A stretch of DNA of 64,000 nucleotides from Eledone cirrhosa (lineage: Eukaryota): assembly GCA_964016885.1 (NCBI GenBank), contig OZ024752.1, positions 35,774,001 to 35,838,000 on the forward strand, read 5' to 3'. A program made the position numbers and the translations under genes. Each line of letters begins with the position of its first letter. The stretch's first letter is position 1. The notes below the pieces were generated by a model that was given only the letters and a program-made list of their open reading frames with translations, did not search any database and was not told the DNA's origin. Positions 38,301 through 52,330 of this stretch are shown here, one piece after another.

Positions 38301-39056
38301 GAGTTACGGTCCTTTATGATCTGAGTTCAAATCCCGCCGAGGTTAACTTTGCCTTTCATCCTTACGGCGTCGATAAAATAAAGTACCAGTAATGTACTGA
38401 GTAATTGCTGGCCTTGTGCCAAAAGTAGAAACAATTATTTATTCAAAGTAATCCGACTTATTTTACAAACGGGATAAAAAAAATATATTCGGGACACAGT
38501 CCCGCACTCATCCCTTTATTATATTAGGATTTTAAAAAGAAAAAATTTTAAGTACTTACTTCTCGTACAAAAGCATAAAGAAATGGTCCTGCACACATAA
38601 CTTGTCTCATATCAAGTAATGTTTGTACTTGGGAAACCATGACAACAATCTGTTTCTTTGAAAGTTCAATACCTTTCTCCATTGAACTAAGGCAATCTCT
38701 AAATATACAAACAAAATAGAATAATAGCATAATGAAATACTAACTGCGAGGAAGACTGTCTGAGAGAGAGATAGTTCAAGGAGACAACAGAGGTACAAAA
38801 AGTCTTATTAGTTTCACGCTTTATATTTGAAAGCGGAAAGAAGTTTGATGACGGGCTTAAGCCCTTCATCAGGAGTATATGCAAACAGTAGAGGTAGAGC
38901 ACGAAAAACATGGGCGGAGGTAGTGAGAACAAACCTCGGGTCGCTGAAACTCTCCGAGGAGATGACGAAGGACCGTGACAAGTGGAGAGATGCTGTGCTG
39001 AATAGGACCCGTCCAACCCTTGCAAGCAGAGAAAAGCAGACGTAAAATGATGATGA

Positions 39057-39100
<44 letters not shown>

Positions 39101-42100
39101 TATATCATCATCATCATCATCGTTTAACGTCCATGTTCCACGCTTGCATGGGGTTATATATTTAAATAATATTAGCAGCAGTGGGATGACCAATCCGAGT
39201 TGAAGATCCGCATAAGGTGAAACAATTGTTCTCGGTATGGTGAACTAACTGTTGTGTTACTACTTATATATATGATGATGATGATGATCATTATCATCAT
39301 CATCATATATAAATAGTAACACAACAGTTAGTTCACCATACCACATCAGCTTTTCCCTGCTTGCAAGGGTGGGGCGTGAACTGATTCTAGCTAGAGTTCT
39401 ACAGCTGGATGCCCTTCCTAACACTAATCTCATTTACAGTGAGTGCTGGGTGCTTTTTTTCCGTGGCACCTATACGTCCACTTTACAGTGTGGGCTGGGT
39501 GCTTTTTTGCCGTGGCACCTCCACGACCACTCTGCAGTGGAATGATAGGGACCCCAGTCCCCATCATCTCATTTCTACAGCTGAGTAAACTGGAGCAATG
39601 TGAAATAAAGTGTCTTGCTCAAGGAAACAACACATCACATATATATATATACATTACTCATCTAACCCATGCTAGCATAGAAAAATGGACATTAAACAAA
39701 GATGGCTATGATGACAGCTCATGGAAACCAGAAAATATACCTTTGTAAAATGTCCATGGCATAAAAAAAACTATCTGTAGCATCTTTATTTTCTTCCTAC
39801 AAGAAAACAAAAATTTATTAAAATCACTTTTAAAATAATGTTAACATTTTTGCAAAATTGAACATTTTTACAGTTTTGTATGTTTGGATAGAGTTAATTC
39901 TGAAATTCTGACACCAGTTTTTCTTAATTTCTATTTATTTTATTATTTTAATTCTGCTACGGAAGTTTATGACAGAACTTTTGTCACATTCTACCATATA
40001 AAAAAATAAAATGTATCCAGTACACTCTGTAAAGTGGTAGTGCTGGCACCATGATAAAATGCAGCCAGTACACTGTCAAGTGGATGGCATTATGAAAGGT
40101 ATTCAGTAATAAAACTATGCTAAATATTGAATGTATAACTAAACAGAGTTTTCCAACCTAGCTAGTCTCAAATCATGACTCATCAAACCCATGCACACAT
40201 GGAAAATGGACATTAAATGATGAAGATGATGATGATGATGAATGTAAATCCTTCAAAACTTCCATGCTTCCCGAAATTCACCAACACTACACCTAATATT
40301 GCCCCTCAATACACACGCACACATGTATCTGTGTATATCATGACTAATACACTGTTCATGTACTATACATGCACCTTTGATGAGTTGTAGTGCACCTGAG
40401 CACTGTACAGAATAATTTTCATTATTGTCATTATTATTATTATATTTGTCGATAAAATAAAGTACCAGTAATGCACTGAGTGATTGCTGGCCTTGTGCCT
40501 AACGTAGAAACAATTATTATATTTATTATTATAAATGATCTGAGTTCAAATCCCGCCGAGGTTAACTTTGCCTTTCATCCTTACGGGGTCAATAAAATAA
40601 AGTACCAGTAATGTACTGGTAATTGCTGGCCTTGTGCCAAAAAGTAGAAACAATTATTATTATAAATGGTGGTGGATTGGCAGTATTGGTAGAGGGTTGC
40701 ACGTCATGCTTCGCAGCATAGAGTTACAGCCCTTTGCGTTCTGAGATCAAATCCACCAAGGATAACTTTGCCTTTCATCCTTACGGGGTCAATAAAATAA
40801 AGTACCAGTAATGCACTGGCGTAATTGCTGGCCTTGTGCCAAAAGTAGACACATTATTATTATAAATATCACTTACTGTATTTTCAAGGACCGTTGAACA
40901 AGTTAATACAACGTCAGCTGCGTTAATTTTTTTATGATAACCATAATGTGAATTGAATGATGGAATAATAATATCTTCTGGGGCCAATCTGAGAATAAAC
41001 AGAACATATTCTATTACATAGAACAGTTGTTCCTAAAGTGGGTTCCTCAAAGGAGTGTCTGGAGTTCAGTGAAAAAAGGTAGAGGAGTATATTTATATAA
41101 CAGGGCGGTGGATTGGCAGTATCGGTAGAGGGTCGGACGCCATGCTTTCAAGCATAGTTACGTCCCTTTACGATCTGAGTTCAAATCCCGCCGAGGTTAA
41201 CTTTGCCTTTCATCCTTACGGGGGTCGATAAAATAAAGTACCAGTAATGCACTGGGTAATTGCTGGCCTTGTGCCTAAAGTAGAAACAAGTATTAGACTT
41301 TGGGGTTCCCTCAAAAGTTTCTGAACCAAAAAGGGTTCTGCATTTGAAAAAGTTTTGGAAACCCTGACCCTGACATAGAAGAATCTGTAAGTAAACAATG
41401 ATTCAAGTTGCACCAGGTTCTCTCTCGCGTGTGTTCTCTTTGATTTGATTTTTACCATTTTCTGGGTATATTTTTAATGAAATACATCATATTTCAATTA
41501 ATTAATTCATTAATTAATAGGGAATTTTGATGATGCTCGTAACACGGAGATCAGAGTCACTCCAGGTAGAGCCGCTACTTCTCCGAATTGAGAGATCACA
41601 GCTCTGATACTATGGACATGTGGTTAGAATGTCTCAGGAAAGAATTGCTGGACAGATTTTATGGGTAAAACCAACCAGCAGGAGACCCAAGGGTAGACCC
41701 TGAACAAGGTGGTTGGATAACATCCATGACCTTGGCTGGTCACACTTGAGGATCCAGCTGGATCAATTGGAGATGGTTGCTTCCGACAGAACCTGCTAGG
41801 AGTCTTTCAGGGCTCTGTCCCCATGACCCTCTCAGGAATAAGTGAACGAAGAAGAAAGGAATTTTGAGGGATTTGCTAAATATATTAAAGTTTTACTTAC
41901 CCATATTTTTCAACATATTTTAGAATCATTTCCTTTATACTGTTTCGAATACTGGGATCCATAGCATTATATTTCTGTTGACATTGCGTTAAAGGTATCC
42001 TAAAAAATAATAAAAAAGGAGACATATTTATTTAAAAGTTTATTTTGCTGCACTGTACTGTATATATGTGGCCAATTTAAAAAAGAAAAAAAAAGTCTTA

Positions 42101-45100
42101 AATGTGTCCCAAGCCCAAAGGGTTTGTATATTGCTTATGTAAGGTTATACACTATCGAATGCACAGGAAAAATTGTCATGTCTTTGACACAAACTGAAGA
42201 GTCCTCCCAACCCCTTGTTTGGCAAGCTTTTTATGGCTTGATGCCCTTAGTAGCACCAACCACTTTACAGAGTGCCCTGTGTGTTTTTATCATGTAGATC
42301 ACAGTCAAGAGGTTTGATGACTTCTATCCTTCTTTGCATTCATGTGTGGCAACCATCTAAAACTTTTGCTAAATATATACACCAATAAAATAAAGTTTTA
42401 TAAGAGGTTACTATTTTGAGATACTTCAAAATTGGTTATCAATAAATGTTTATCTTACATAAGATGTCTCATGATCAAGGTTTAACCTGGTCATATCCGG
42501 CCAGAATTCTCTCACCTGTTTTTGGTTCAAACCAGCTGTAACTGGCCGTTCATACTGATGCTAAAGTATTGTTCTCAAAATAAATAATATCAAAATCTCA
42601 TAGATTCGATATTATGTGAGATAAAGCCTTTACTGTGAAAATACAGTTGTGTATATAGAATAATGTAAATGCTAAAGGGTTAAAAGATCAATAAAACGTT
42701 TTTTTTTTTTTTGACACTTACCCCATATCTGCAAGAAATTCCTGGAGTCGCTTACGACCTTTCATTGTCCATAATTTAAATTTACAAGTAGTCGTAACTG
42801 AATTACATATACTATCAAATAATGACCAATGTCGATAGAAAAACAGCTGCAGTTCTTCTTCAAAGTTTATTTTCAAACTGTTTACTGGCAATGAATTCTC
42901 CCCGGACTCCCATCTGAAAAGAATTTATATATATATATAAGTATATGGTATGGTATGTACCCGTAACTCTTGCGGAGTCGTAGAGATGCCATACTGACAT
43001 ACTGCGTTTCTAGGGCATTTTTTAAAACCCGGCAGGATATAAATATATATATGTGTGTGGGTGTGTATTTATGTATGTATATATATGTGCATATATCATC
43101 ATCATTTTACGTCCGCTTTTCCCTGCTTGCAAGGGTTGGACGTGAACTGATTCTGGCTTGATTTCTACAGCTGGATGCCCTTCCTAACACCAACCTCATT
43201 TACAGTGAGTGCTGGGTGGTTTTTTTTTTTCCCGTGGCGCCTACACCTCCACTTTACAGTGAGTGCTGGGTGCTTTTTTGCCGTGGCACCTCCACGACCA
43301 CTTTGCAGTGGAATGATATGGACCCCAGTCCCTATCATCTCATTTCTACAGCTGAGTCAACTGGAGCAATGTGAAATAAAGTGTCTTGCTCAAGGAAACA
43401 ACACATATGAATGTGTATGTGTATATATATGTGCATATATATACCTGCATGAGAAGTGTGATGTTACAGTGAATGCAGATGTACATAATCTTCAAAGTTC
43501 ATCTTTATTCTTTGGAATGTTTCTGATGGCCAACTGCTGGTCTTCTACATAAAACAACTGGGTTTGAGCTTCAGAGAGAAACTTTCTAGATGCAAACCTC
43601 AAAGTGTGTGTATATACAATATATTTACCAAATATGAATATATACAAAAGCATATTTAATGCATTATAAGCAAATGAAGGAGTGAATGAAAGAGTTACAA
43701 GCCGTTAAAACATATCTTTATATAGCTCTTATTATATAATTGTTTCTACTTTTGGCACAAGGCAAGCAATTATCCCAGTACATTACTGGTACTTTATTTT
43801 ATCGACCCCGTAAGGATGAAAGACAACTCGGCGGGATTTGAACTTATTATATAATGCATTATATAATACACTAAAACATTTAGTTTTGCCAGAGATTAAA
43901 TGCAAATGTTTTTGGCAAGCTATGAGAAGACAACTCTTGCAAAATATTTCATTAACTTGTTGCGGAGTATACTGGACTGGAGCAATGTGAAATGAAGCAT
44001 TTTACACAAGAACACAACGCAGTCCAGGAACCATAAGCCATGTAAGTATAATGACCCCATCATTCTTGCTCTTGTGTTGGTATATAAACAGAACGGCAGA
44101 CACTAATGTTTCTGGGTTATTATTACACTTCAGTGTGCGTGCGTGCGTGCGTGTGCGTGTGTGTGTGTGTGTACAGGAACGGGCCCCAGAAAAAAACTTT
44201 AATAGCTGTTAGTATATGACTTGTCAAGGTTAACATAGGTAAGGTCGTAATAACTATAACAATGAAATATTTACCTTCTATTGTGTCTTGATAAATGAGA
44301 TTGTAGTAACATCACATCTTCAATATATTTTTCTCGTGATATGTGGTAATGTAACAACTGGTCTGTAACACCAATAACAGCAAACCTGACAAAACAAACA
44401 AAATATTGCAAATTTCAATATATTTATATATCATAAGAAAGAGGAGAGGGTGGAAGCAAGAGAGGAACCTTTTAAATATTTAACCCTTTAGAATTTACAT
44501 TACTCTACGGACGTAAAATGGTGATACTATTATATTCTTATGTTAAAGGCTTTACCTCATATAATTATCTCACATAATATCGAATCTATGAGATTTTGAT
44601 ATTTAAAACAAAACCTTAACATCTGTATGAGTGGCCGGTTACAGCCGGTTTGAACAGAAAGAGGTGAGAGAATTCCAGCCAAATACGGCTGGTTTAAATG
44701 CTAAAGGACTAATAGTAACACTGAGTATAAAGGTTTGAAGAAAGATATATTATCATCATCCTCACCAGTTAATGTCTGCTTTTCCTGCTACCAAGGGTTA
44801 GACGGATCTACACAAACCAAGCCAGCACTGGAGTGGAGCCACTGACATCCCAGACAGGCCAAGGTCTGTATCTTATCCCATCTACGTACAGTCATACGTG
44901 CAGTGAAGTTGTCAAGACTTTGACACAAACTGAAGGATCCTCACAAACCCTTGTTTGGCAAGCTTTCTACAACTGGATGTCCTTCCTAACACCAACCACT
45001 TTACAGTGTGTACTAGGTGCTTTTATTGTGTAAATCGCCAGCAGTAGGAAAGGTGTCATGTCCTTGACACAACTAAAAGGTCCTCCAAAATATATTGGCC

Positions 45101-48100
45101 GAGCTAGAGAAGAAATTCCAAACATGGAAGCACGGCCTAGAATCAAAAGGCCTTAAAATTAACATGGCTAAGACTAAAGTTCTAGTTTGTAGGAAAGAAA
45201 ATAAGGCGCCGGTCCCTTCCGGGAAATGGCCATGCTCAGTGTGTAGGAAAGGCGTAGGTAGAAACTCCATTTTATGTCCCAAATGCAAAGTATGGGTGCA
45301 TAAAAGATGTAGTGGGATCACAGGTAAGCTAACTAAGAACACAGATTTTACATGTGGCCGGTGCTCTGGTGCAATAAGTAGCAGCAAGTGCCCACAAAAT
45401 ACTAGCTCTTTCAACTGCGCAGAGGGTTCTATAGAAATAGTGGACAGCTTCCGTTACCTGGGTGACAAAATCAGCAGTGGGGGAGGGTGCTCCGAAAGTA
45501 CAGTAGCTAGAGTCAGAACTGGATGGAAAAAGTTCAGAGAGCTTATACCACTATTAGCCGCTAAAGGGTTCTCCCTAAAAGTGAAAGGCAGGTTGTATGA
45601 TGCCTGCATACGAACAGCAATGTTGCATGGCAGTGAGACCTGGGCATTGTGTGCAGAGGATATACGCAGACTAGAGAGGAACGAAGCTTGCATGCTCCGC
45701 TGGATGTGTAATAGTAATATACGTGAATGGCAAAGCATAAACGAACTAAGGAAAAAATTAGAAATAAGAGGGATCAGATGTTGTTTACTCGAGAGAAGGC
45801 TACGTTGGTATGGTCACATGATGCGCATGAAAGACGACAGCTGTATAACAAAGTGCAGGGCAATAAAGATAGATGGTAGCCACGGAGTAGGCAGACCCAG
45901 AAAAACCTGGGACGAGCTGATAAATTCCGACCTCACACACTTACACCTCTCCAAGACAATGTCACTGGACCGAGACCTTTGGCGGTACTCAGTAACAGAG
46001 AAGACCCGTGTTACCTAAATACAAAGTAAAACCTACTACAGTCAGTAGGCATCTCTAACAAAATACACCCCCGTCCCACCACCCCCACCCCATCCACACC
46101 GTCCCTTTCAATGTAAAGTTATGTTGGTGCCACAACATCCAGCAGGCCGAAACAAATGAGATTGTGTAGGTGTCACGAAAAAAAAACACACAGTCCACGC
46201 TGTAATGTGACCGTGTAGGCAACACGGTAAAAACGTCCCAGTCCCACACTGTAAATGTGGTTGGTGTTAGGAAGGGCATCCAGCTGTAGAAAACCTGCCA
46301 GACAGTCCACGCTGTAATGTGACCGTGTAGGCAACACAGTAAAAAACTCCCAGCCCCACACTGTAAATGTGGTTGGTGTTAGGAAGGGCATCCAGCCGTA
46401 GAAAACCCGCCAGACAGTCCTATGCGAGCAAGACAACCACTCTTGCCTCAAGTGGGAAAACTCCCGTCCAAACCCATGCAAGCGTGCAACATGGACGTTA
46501 AACGATGATGATGATGATGATATATATACATATATATTGACAGTCGATTGACTTTCATCAAATCGGACCGAGGAAACAATGTTTCCATTGGTCTTTCCAA
46601 TTGCTAATACTATCTATCGGTCGCAACTCCAGGTAGAAGGAGCAATGTGAAATAAAGTGTCTTGCCCAAGGACATAACACATCGCCTGGTCTGGGAATCA
46701 AACTCACAACCTCACGATTGAGAATCTAATTCTCTAACCACTCAGTCATGCATGCATGCATATATATAAATTATAAATATATATATATATAAATATATAT
46801 ATATAATTGGCAGTAGCACTAAGACAGCTTTTAAGCATAACAGGTGTATATGAAAACATAAACATAAAAATTAAACTTACCAGATCAAGTCATTTGTGTC
46901 TTTCGACATGGTCCATGCCATTTCCAACATCAGAAGTGCAGCCTTTAAGAGGAAATTTAATATAGTTTTTTTTTAAATATGAAAATAATTTGATAATCAA
47001 AATGTTCACAGAAAGATATTTAGAAATATAAACACATTGATGCAACATAGAAGTAGGAAACAATGTAAACAATATATAGTAAAAGAAGAGGTGTTTGTGA
47101 TGAATGTAAATTTGGTATGGCCATTTTTCCATGCTTGCATGGATTAGCAGTGTTGTCACATCAGTCAGATAACCATGTCATGCTTACAACAGATCTGTAT
47201 TTTGACTTGGTTTCTATGGCTGGATGCCCTTCCTAACACCAACCATGTTACAGTATAGCCTGGGTGCTTATCGTGGCACCAAAATGACCACCCAACAGGG
47301 TGGACTGGATGCTTTTTGTTGTGTCACCAACACAAACATCTAACAAAGTGGACTGGGTGCTTTTTGTCATGTCACCAACATGACCACCTTACAGAGTAGA
47401 CGGCATTTTTTGCCGTGTCACCAAAACAACCACCTTACAGTGTGGACTGGGTGCTTTACTACATTCGTAAGAAAATATACTGCCTATTATTTCCAAATAA
47501 TTTTGAAAATAATCAAGAATTTTAAGGGATTTTGTAATAAATTATTTATCTGGTGTTTGGAGCATAGCTTAACCCTTTAGTGTTCAAACCGGCCAAAACC
47601 AGCCAGAATTCTCTACTTCTTTCTGTTGAAACTGGCTGTAACTGGTCGCTCAAACTGATGTTAAGGTATTGTTCTCAAAATAAATATTTTCAAAATCTCA
47701 TAGATTCGATATTATGTGAGATAACTATGTGAGGTAAAGCCTTTACCATGAAAATACAATAGTATATATAAAATAATTGTTTCTACTTTAAGCACAAGGC
47801 CAGCAATTACCCAGTGCATTACTGGTACTTTATTTTATCGACCCCGTAAGGATGAAAGGCAAAGTAAACCTCAGCGGGATTTGAACTCAGACCGTAAAGG
47901 GACGTAACTATGCTGGAAAGCATGGCGTCCGACTCTCTACTGATACTGCCAAATGTGAATGCTAAAGGGTTAAAGGTTCTTACATAAAATTATGATGGAA
48001 GGTTTTTAGATAAATATATACACTTTAAAACAAACAGTTTTGTATTATAAAACTGAAGCTAGTTTAGTATCAAGAGTTAAAGAATTTGTTTATAAAGAAA

Positions 48101-51100
48101 ACTATGTTTAGGAAATGTATATATAGTTAATATAAGTAGCTGATCTCTCAGACTTTACAATAATGCTGAGAAGATAAAGTTAATATAAAGAATGATGTAC
48201 TCATGAGTGAAGGTACTATAAAATAGCTTATAAAACAGGGTGAAGGCCTTTAAAGATGGAAAAACTAGCCATCGTACTTACAGACGTCCCAAAGGATGAA
48301 AATTGTGTATATGCAAACAGGACCTTGTTTCTGAAATACAATGAAACTGATATTGATTCAAATATTCTAAACTATAAATATAAATCAAATCAATTATTTT
48401 CAATAGAAGATACTATAGTGATGCAGTGGCTGTGAGGTTAACATGTGGTCTAGTGGTTAAGGACTTATTATCATAATCTGGTGGGTTGATTCCTGGACCA
48501 GTTGATGGATTGTGTTCTTGAGCAAAACACTTCATTTCATAAAATAAGTGAAAGACCCTTAAAGTTGGAAAAAGTAGTTGCCATTGGTTGATGGCAACTT
48601 CTTTTTCCATCTTTAAGAGTCTTCATATTTTAATACTGCAAATTCTCAACCACATGGCTTAGTGGTTAGAGCATTGGCCTTGCAATCGAAAGGTTGTGAG
48701 TTCAATTCTCAGACCGGGTGATGTGTTGTTTCCTTGAGCAAGACACTTTATTTCACATTGCTCCAGTTTACTCAGCTGTAGAAATGAGATGATAGGGACT
48801 GGGGTCCCTATCATTCCACTGCAAAGTGGTCGTGGAGGTGCCATGGCAAAAAAGCACCCAGCACTCACTGTAAATGAGGTTGGTGTTAGGAAGGGCATCC
48901 AGCTGTAGAAATCAAGCCAGAATCAGTTCCCGTCCCACCCTTGCAAGCAGGGAAAAGCGGACGTAAAATGAAATGATGATGATGATGATGACATTAGCAA
49001 GACATTCTTGAAAAGTACCATCACATTAAAAATTAGTCATTATTTTAATACTGCAAATTCTCAACCACTGGTTGTGCTGGTGACATGGCAAAAAGTGCCC
49101 AGTCCAGCCTGTAAGGTTGTCATGCTGGCGACATTACAAAAAGGACCAAGTTCACCCTGTTATGTGGTCATGTCGGTAACATGACAAAAAGCTCCCAGTC
49201 CACACTGTAACATGGTTGACATTAAGCAAGGGCATCCAGTTATAGAAACCAAGCCAATATACAAATCCATATGACCTGACATTTCTCATAATGTGACCTG
49301 TCTAACCTACACAAGCATGGAAAACAGATGCTAAACAATGATGATGATTAGCAAACATTCTTAAAAACTACCATCACATTAAAAATTCAAGTCTTTATTC
49401 TTCTATGGAGGCACATGGCTTAGTGGTTAGAGCATTGGGCTTGCAATCGAAAGGTTGCGAGTTCAATTCTCGGACCGGGTGATGTGTTGTTTCCTTGAGC
49501 AGGACACTTTATTTTCACATTGCTCCAGTTTACTCAGCTGTAAAAATGAGATGATAGGACTGGGGTCCCCATCATTCCACTGCAAAGTGGTCGCAGGGGT
49601 GCCACGGCAAAAAAGCACCCAGTACTCACTGTAAATGAGGTTGGTGTTAGGAAGGGCATCCAGCTGAAGAAATCAAGCCAGAATCAGTTCCCGTCCCACC
49701 CTTGCAAGCAGGGAAAAGCGGACGTAAAATGATGATGATGATTCTAATACTTCAAATTCTCAGCCACATTAGTAAAACATTCTTGAAAAAATACATCACA
49801 TTAAAATGAACTTTGCCAACTGAGTGGACTGAAGCGACATTAAATAAACATAGCTTTGTTAAAGTTTGGTAAAATAAACCAAACATTAGATGTCCAAATT
49901 ATCCAAAATAAACAAGTTTATGTATAAGTAATTATAATTATTTAAAAAAATCATACTTGTTTTCCTCCCATAGTCTTCTCTCTCTTTTTTTCATCACATA
50001 TTTGTCATCAAATTTTTTCTTTCGTGGCCTGTGACCAACTTCCTCATCATCATCATCATCATCATCACCCTCGTCGTCACCATCATCCTATAAAAAAATA
50101 TAATAGAATTTTACCCCCTATCTTTTTAACCCTTTAGCATTCACATTACTCTAGATTTACTATTATATTTCAATGGTGAAGGCTTCATCTCAAATAATAT
50201 CGAATCTGAGATTTTTATATTGTTTATTTTGAGAACAATACCTTAGTGGCCGGTTACAGCCGGTTTGAACCAATGAGTGGCCAGTTACAGCCAGTTTGAA
50301 CCAATGAGTGGCCAGTTACAGCCGGTTTGAACAGAAAGAGGTGAGAGAATTCTGGCCAGATATGGCTGGTTTAAATGCTAAAGGGTTAAACATCAGACAT
50401 CACTGTTTTTCTGTATTTTTGTAAATAGATAGACTTGTTTCTATTAACCCTTCCATTATCTAATGCTAAGCATTTGTCCAATGTTCTAAAGATGCTGTCA
50501 ATCCACCACCCTAATATAATCATGATAATAAAACACCTAATCACATGGTGGCAATCACTTTGTGTTAAATTTATATGGGAGGGAGTAATTTGATATCTTT
50601 CTACCTATATCTCTTTCTTTCTAGGTCTTTCTCACATACTGAAAGTGTTGACAAACCACATCAACCCGCTAGATAGTCAGTAAAACAGAAGCTATTTATA
50701 GCTATCATCATCATCATTTTACGTCCGCTTTTCCTTGGAATGAGTCCTTTTCAGCACAGCATCTCTCCATTCGTTACGGTCCTTCGTCATCTCCTCTGTG
50801 AGCTTCAGCGATCTGAGGTCAGCTCTCACCACCTCCCCCCATAATTTTTCTGATTTTCCTTCCACTAAGATTTTTTGGCACTTCTTTACTCAGCGATCAT
50901 CCTCTATGCGCATCACATGTCCATACCAACGCAGTTTTCTCTCCCGCACACTACAGTTTATCCCTCTTATACAGTTTCTCTCTCAACTCGTCTACGCTTG
51001 GTCCTTCACGCACATTGACATTACACATCCATCAGAGAATGCTTGCTTCATTTCTCTCCAGCCATCGCATCGGCCTATATATCTATCTTTGTACAATAAA

Positions 51101-52298
51101 AACAATATCTATTCATATATCTACCTATATGTCCTCCTAGCTATCTGTCGATATCTCTGCCTATCTATTTCTCTATCGCTGTCTACTGGACTGCCTATCT
51201 ATAGTTAACTATTTATGTATATTTAACAATATATCTATCTTTGGATAATAACAACATCAAAGCCCCAAACCTAATAGCAGACAGAAAATTGATAGATACA
51301 TAGGTAGAGTAAAGTCATCGCAGATATATGTTTGATGATGATTAAAGAAAATATGGAAGAAAATGATTTTAATTGATTGAAATGAATGTAAAATAAAATA
51401 CAATAATTGTCAGTGACAAAAGAGAGAGAGGGTCAAGGAAAAGTGAAGATTCAAGTATCTTTACATAGAATGTTGTAGTCAAGAAATTATTAAATATTTT
51501 TTTTTACTATAAACCCCATCATTTTTGACAGGTATTATGCTAGTATATATGTGCATGTGTGTGTATGTACAATTTTTCATACTAAAAAATTAAAACAAGA
51601 ATGCCAAGCAAAACTTCTTTTAACTCTTTTAGACATATGACTTTATCAATTATCCCAGTGCATTACTGGTACTTTATTTTATCGACCCCGTAAGGATGAA
51701 AGACAAAGTTAACCTCGGTGGGATTTGAACTCAGACCATAAAGGGCCATAACTCTATGATACAAAACATGGCGTCCGACGTTCTACCGATACTACCAATC
51801 CACCACTTTCACCCTAATAAATAATTGTTTCTACTTTTGGCACAAGGCCAGCAATTACCCAGTGTAATACTGGTACTTTATTTTATCGACCCCGTAAGGA
51901 TGAAAGGCAAAGTTAACCTCGGCGTGATTTGAACTCAGATCATAAAGAGACGTAACTATGCCTCAAAGCATGGCGTCCGACCCTCTACTGATACTGCCAA
52001 TCCACCGCCCTAATAAATAATAAATACAATTACCTCATCATCTTTGAAGATGCTGTCAAATTCGGGAATATCATTGACTTCATTTTCTTTGACAAGAACT
52101 TTCACCTGTAAACTATTGTAGACGTTGTGTACATCAATTGGTCTGTGACTGGAACAGAGAAAAATATCCTTTGACTAAACAAACACTCAGTGTAATGTAC
52201 TTCAGTGCAGCAAAATAAGTTGACAGAAAATATCTCTTTGAAGGAATCAGTATTGAAAAACATGGGTAAAGTACACATTTAATCCTCTAGCATTTACA

Positions 52299-52330
<32 letters not shown>

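Noticed and set aside
49407-49480. tRNA gene calls at SINE heads
   Set aside because: A and B boxes are present, but they continue into SINE body and tail in many copies without a proper cloverleaf.
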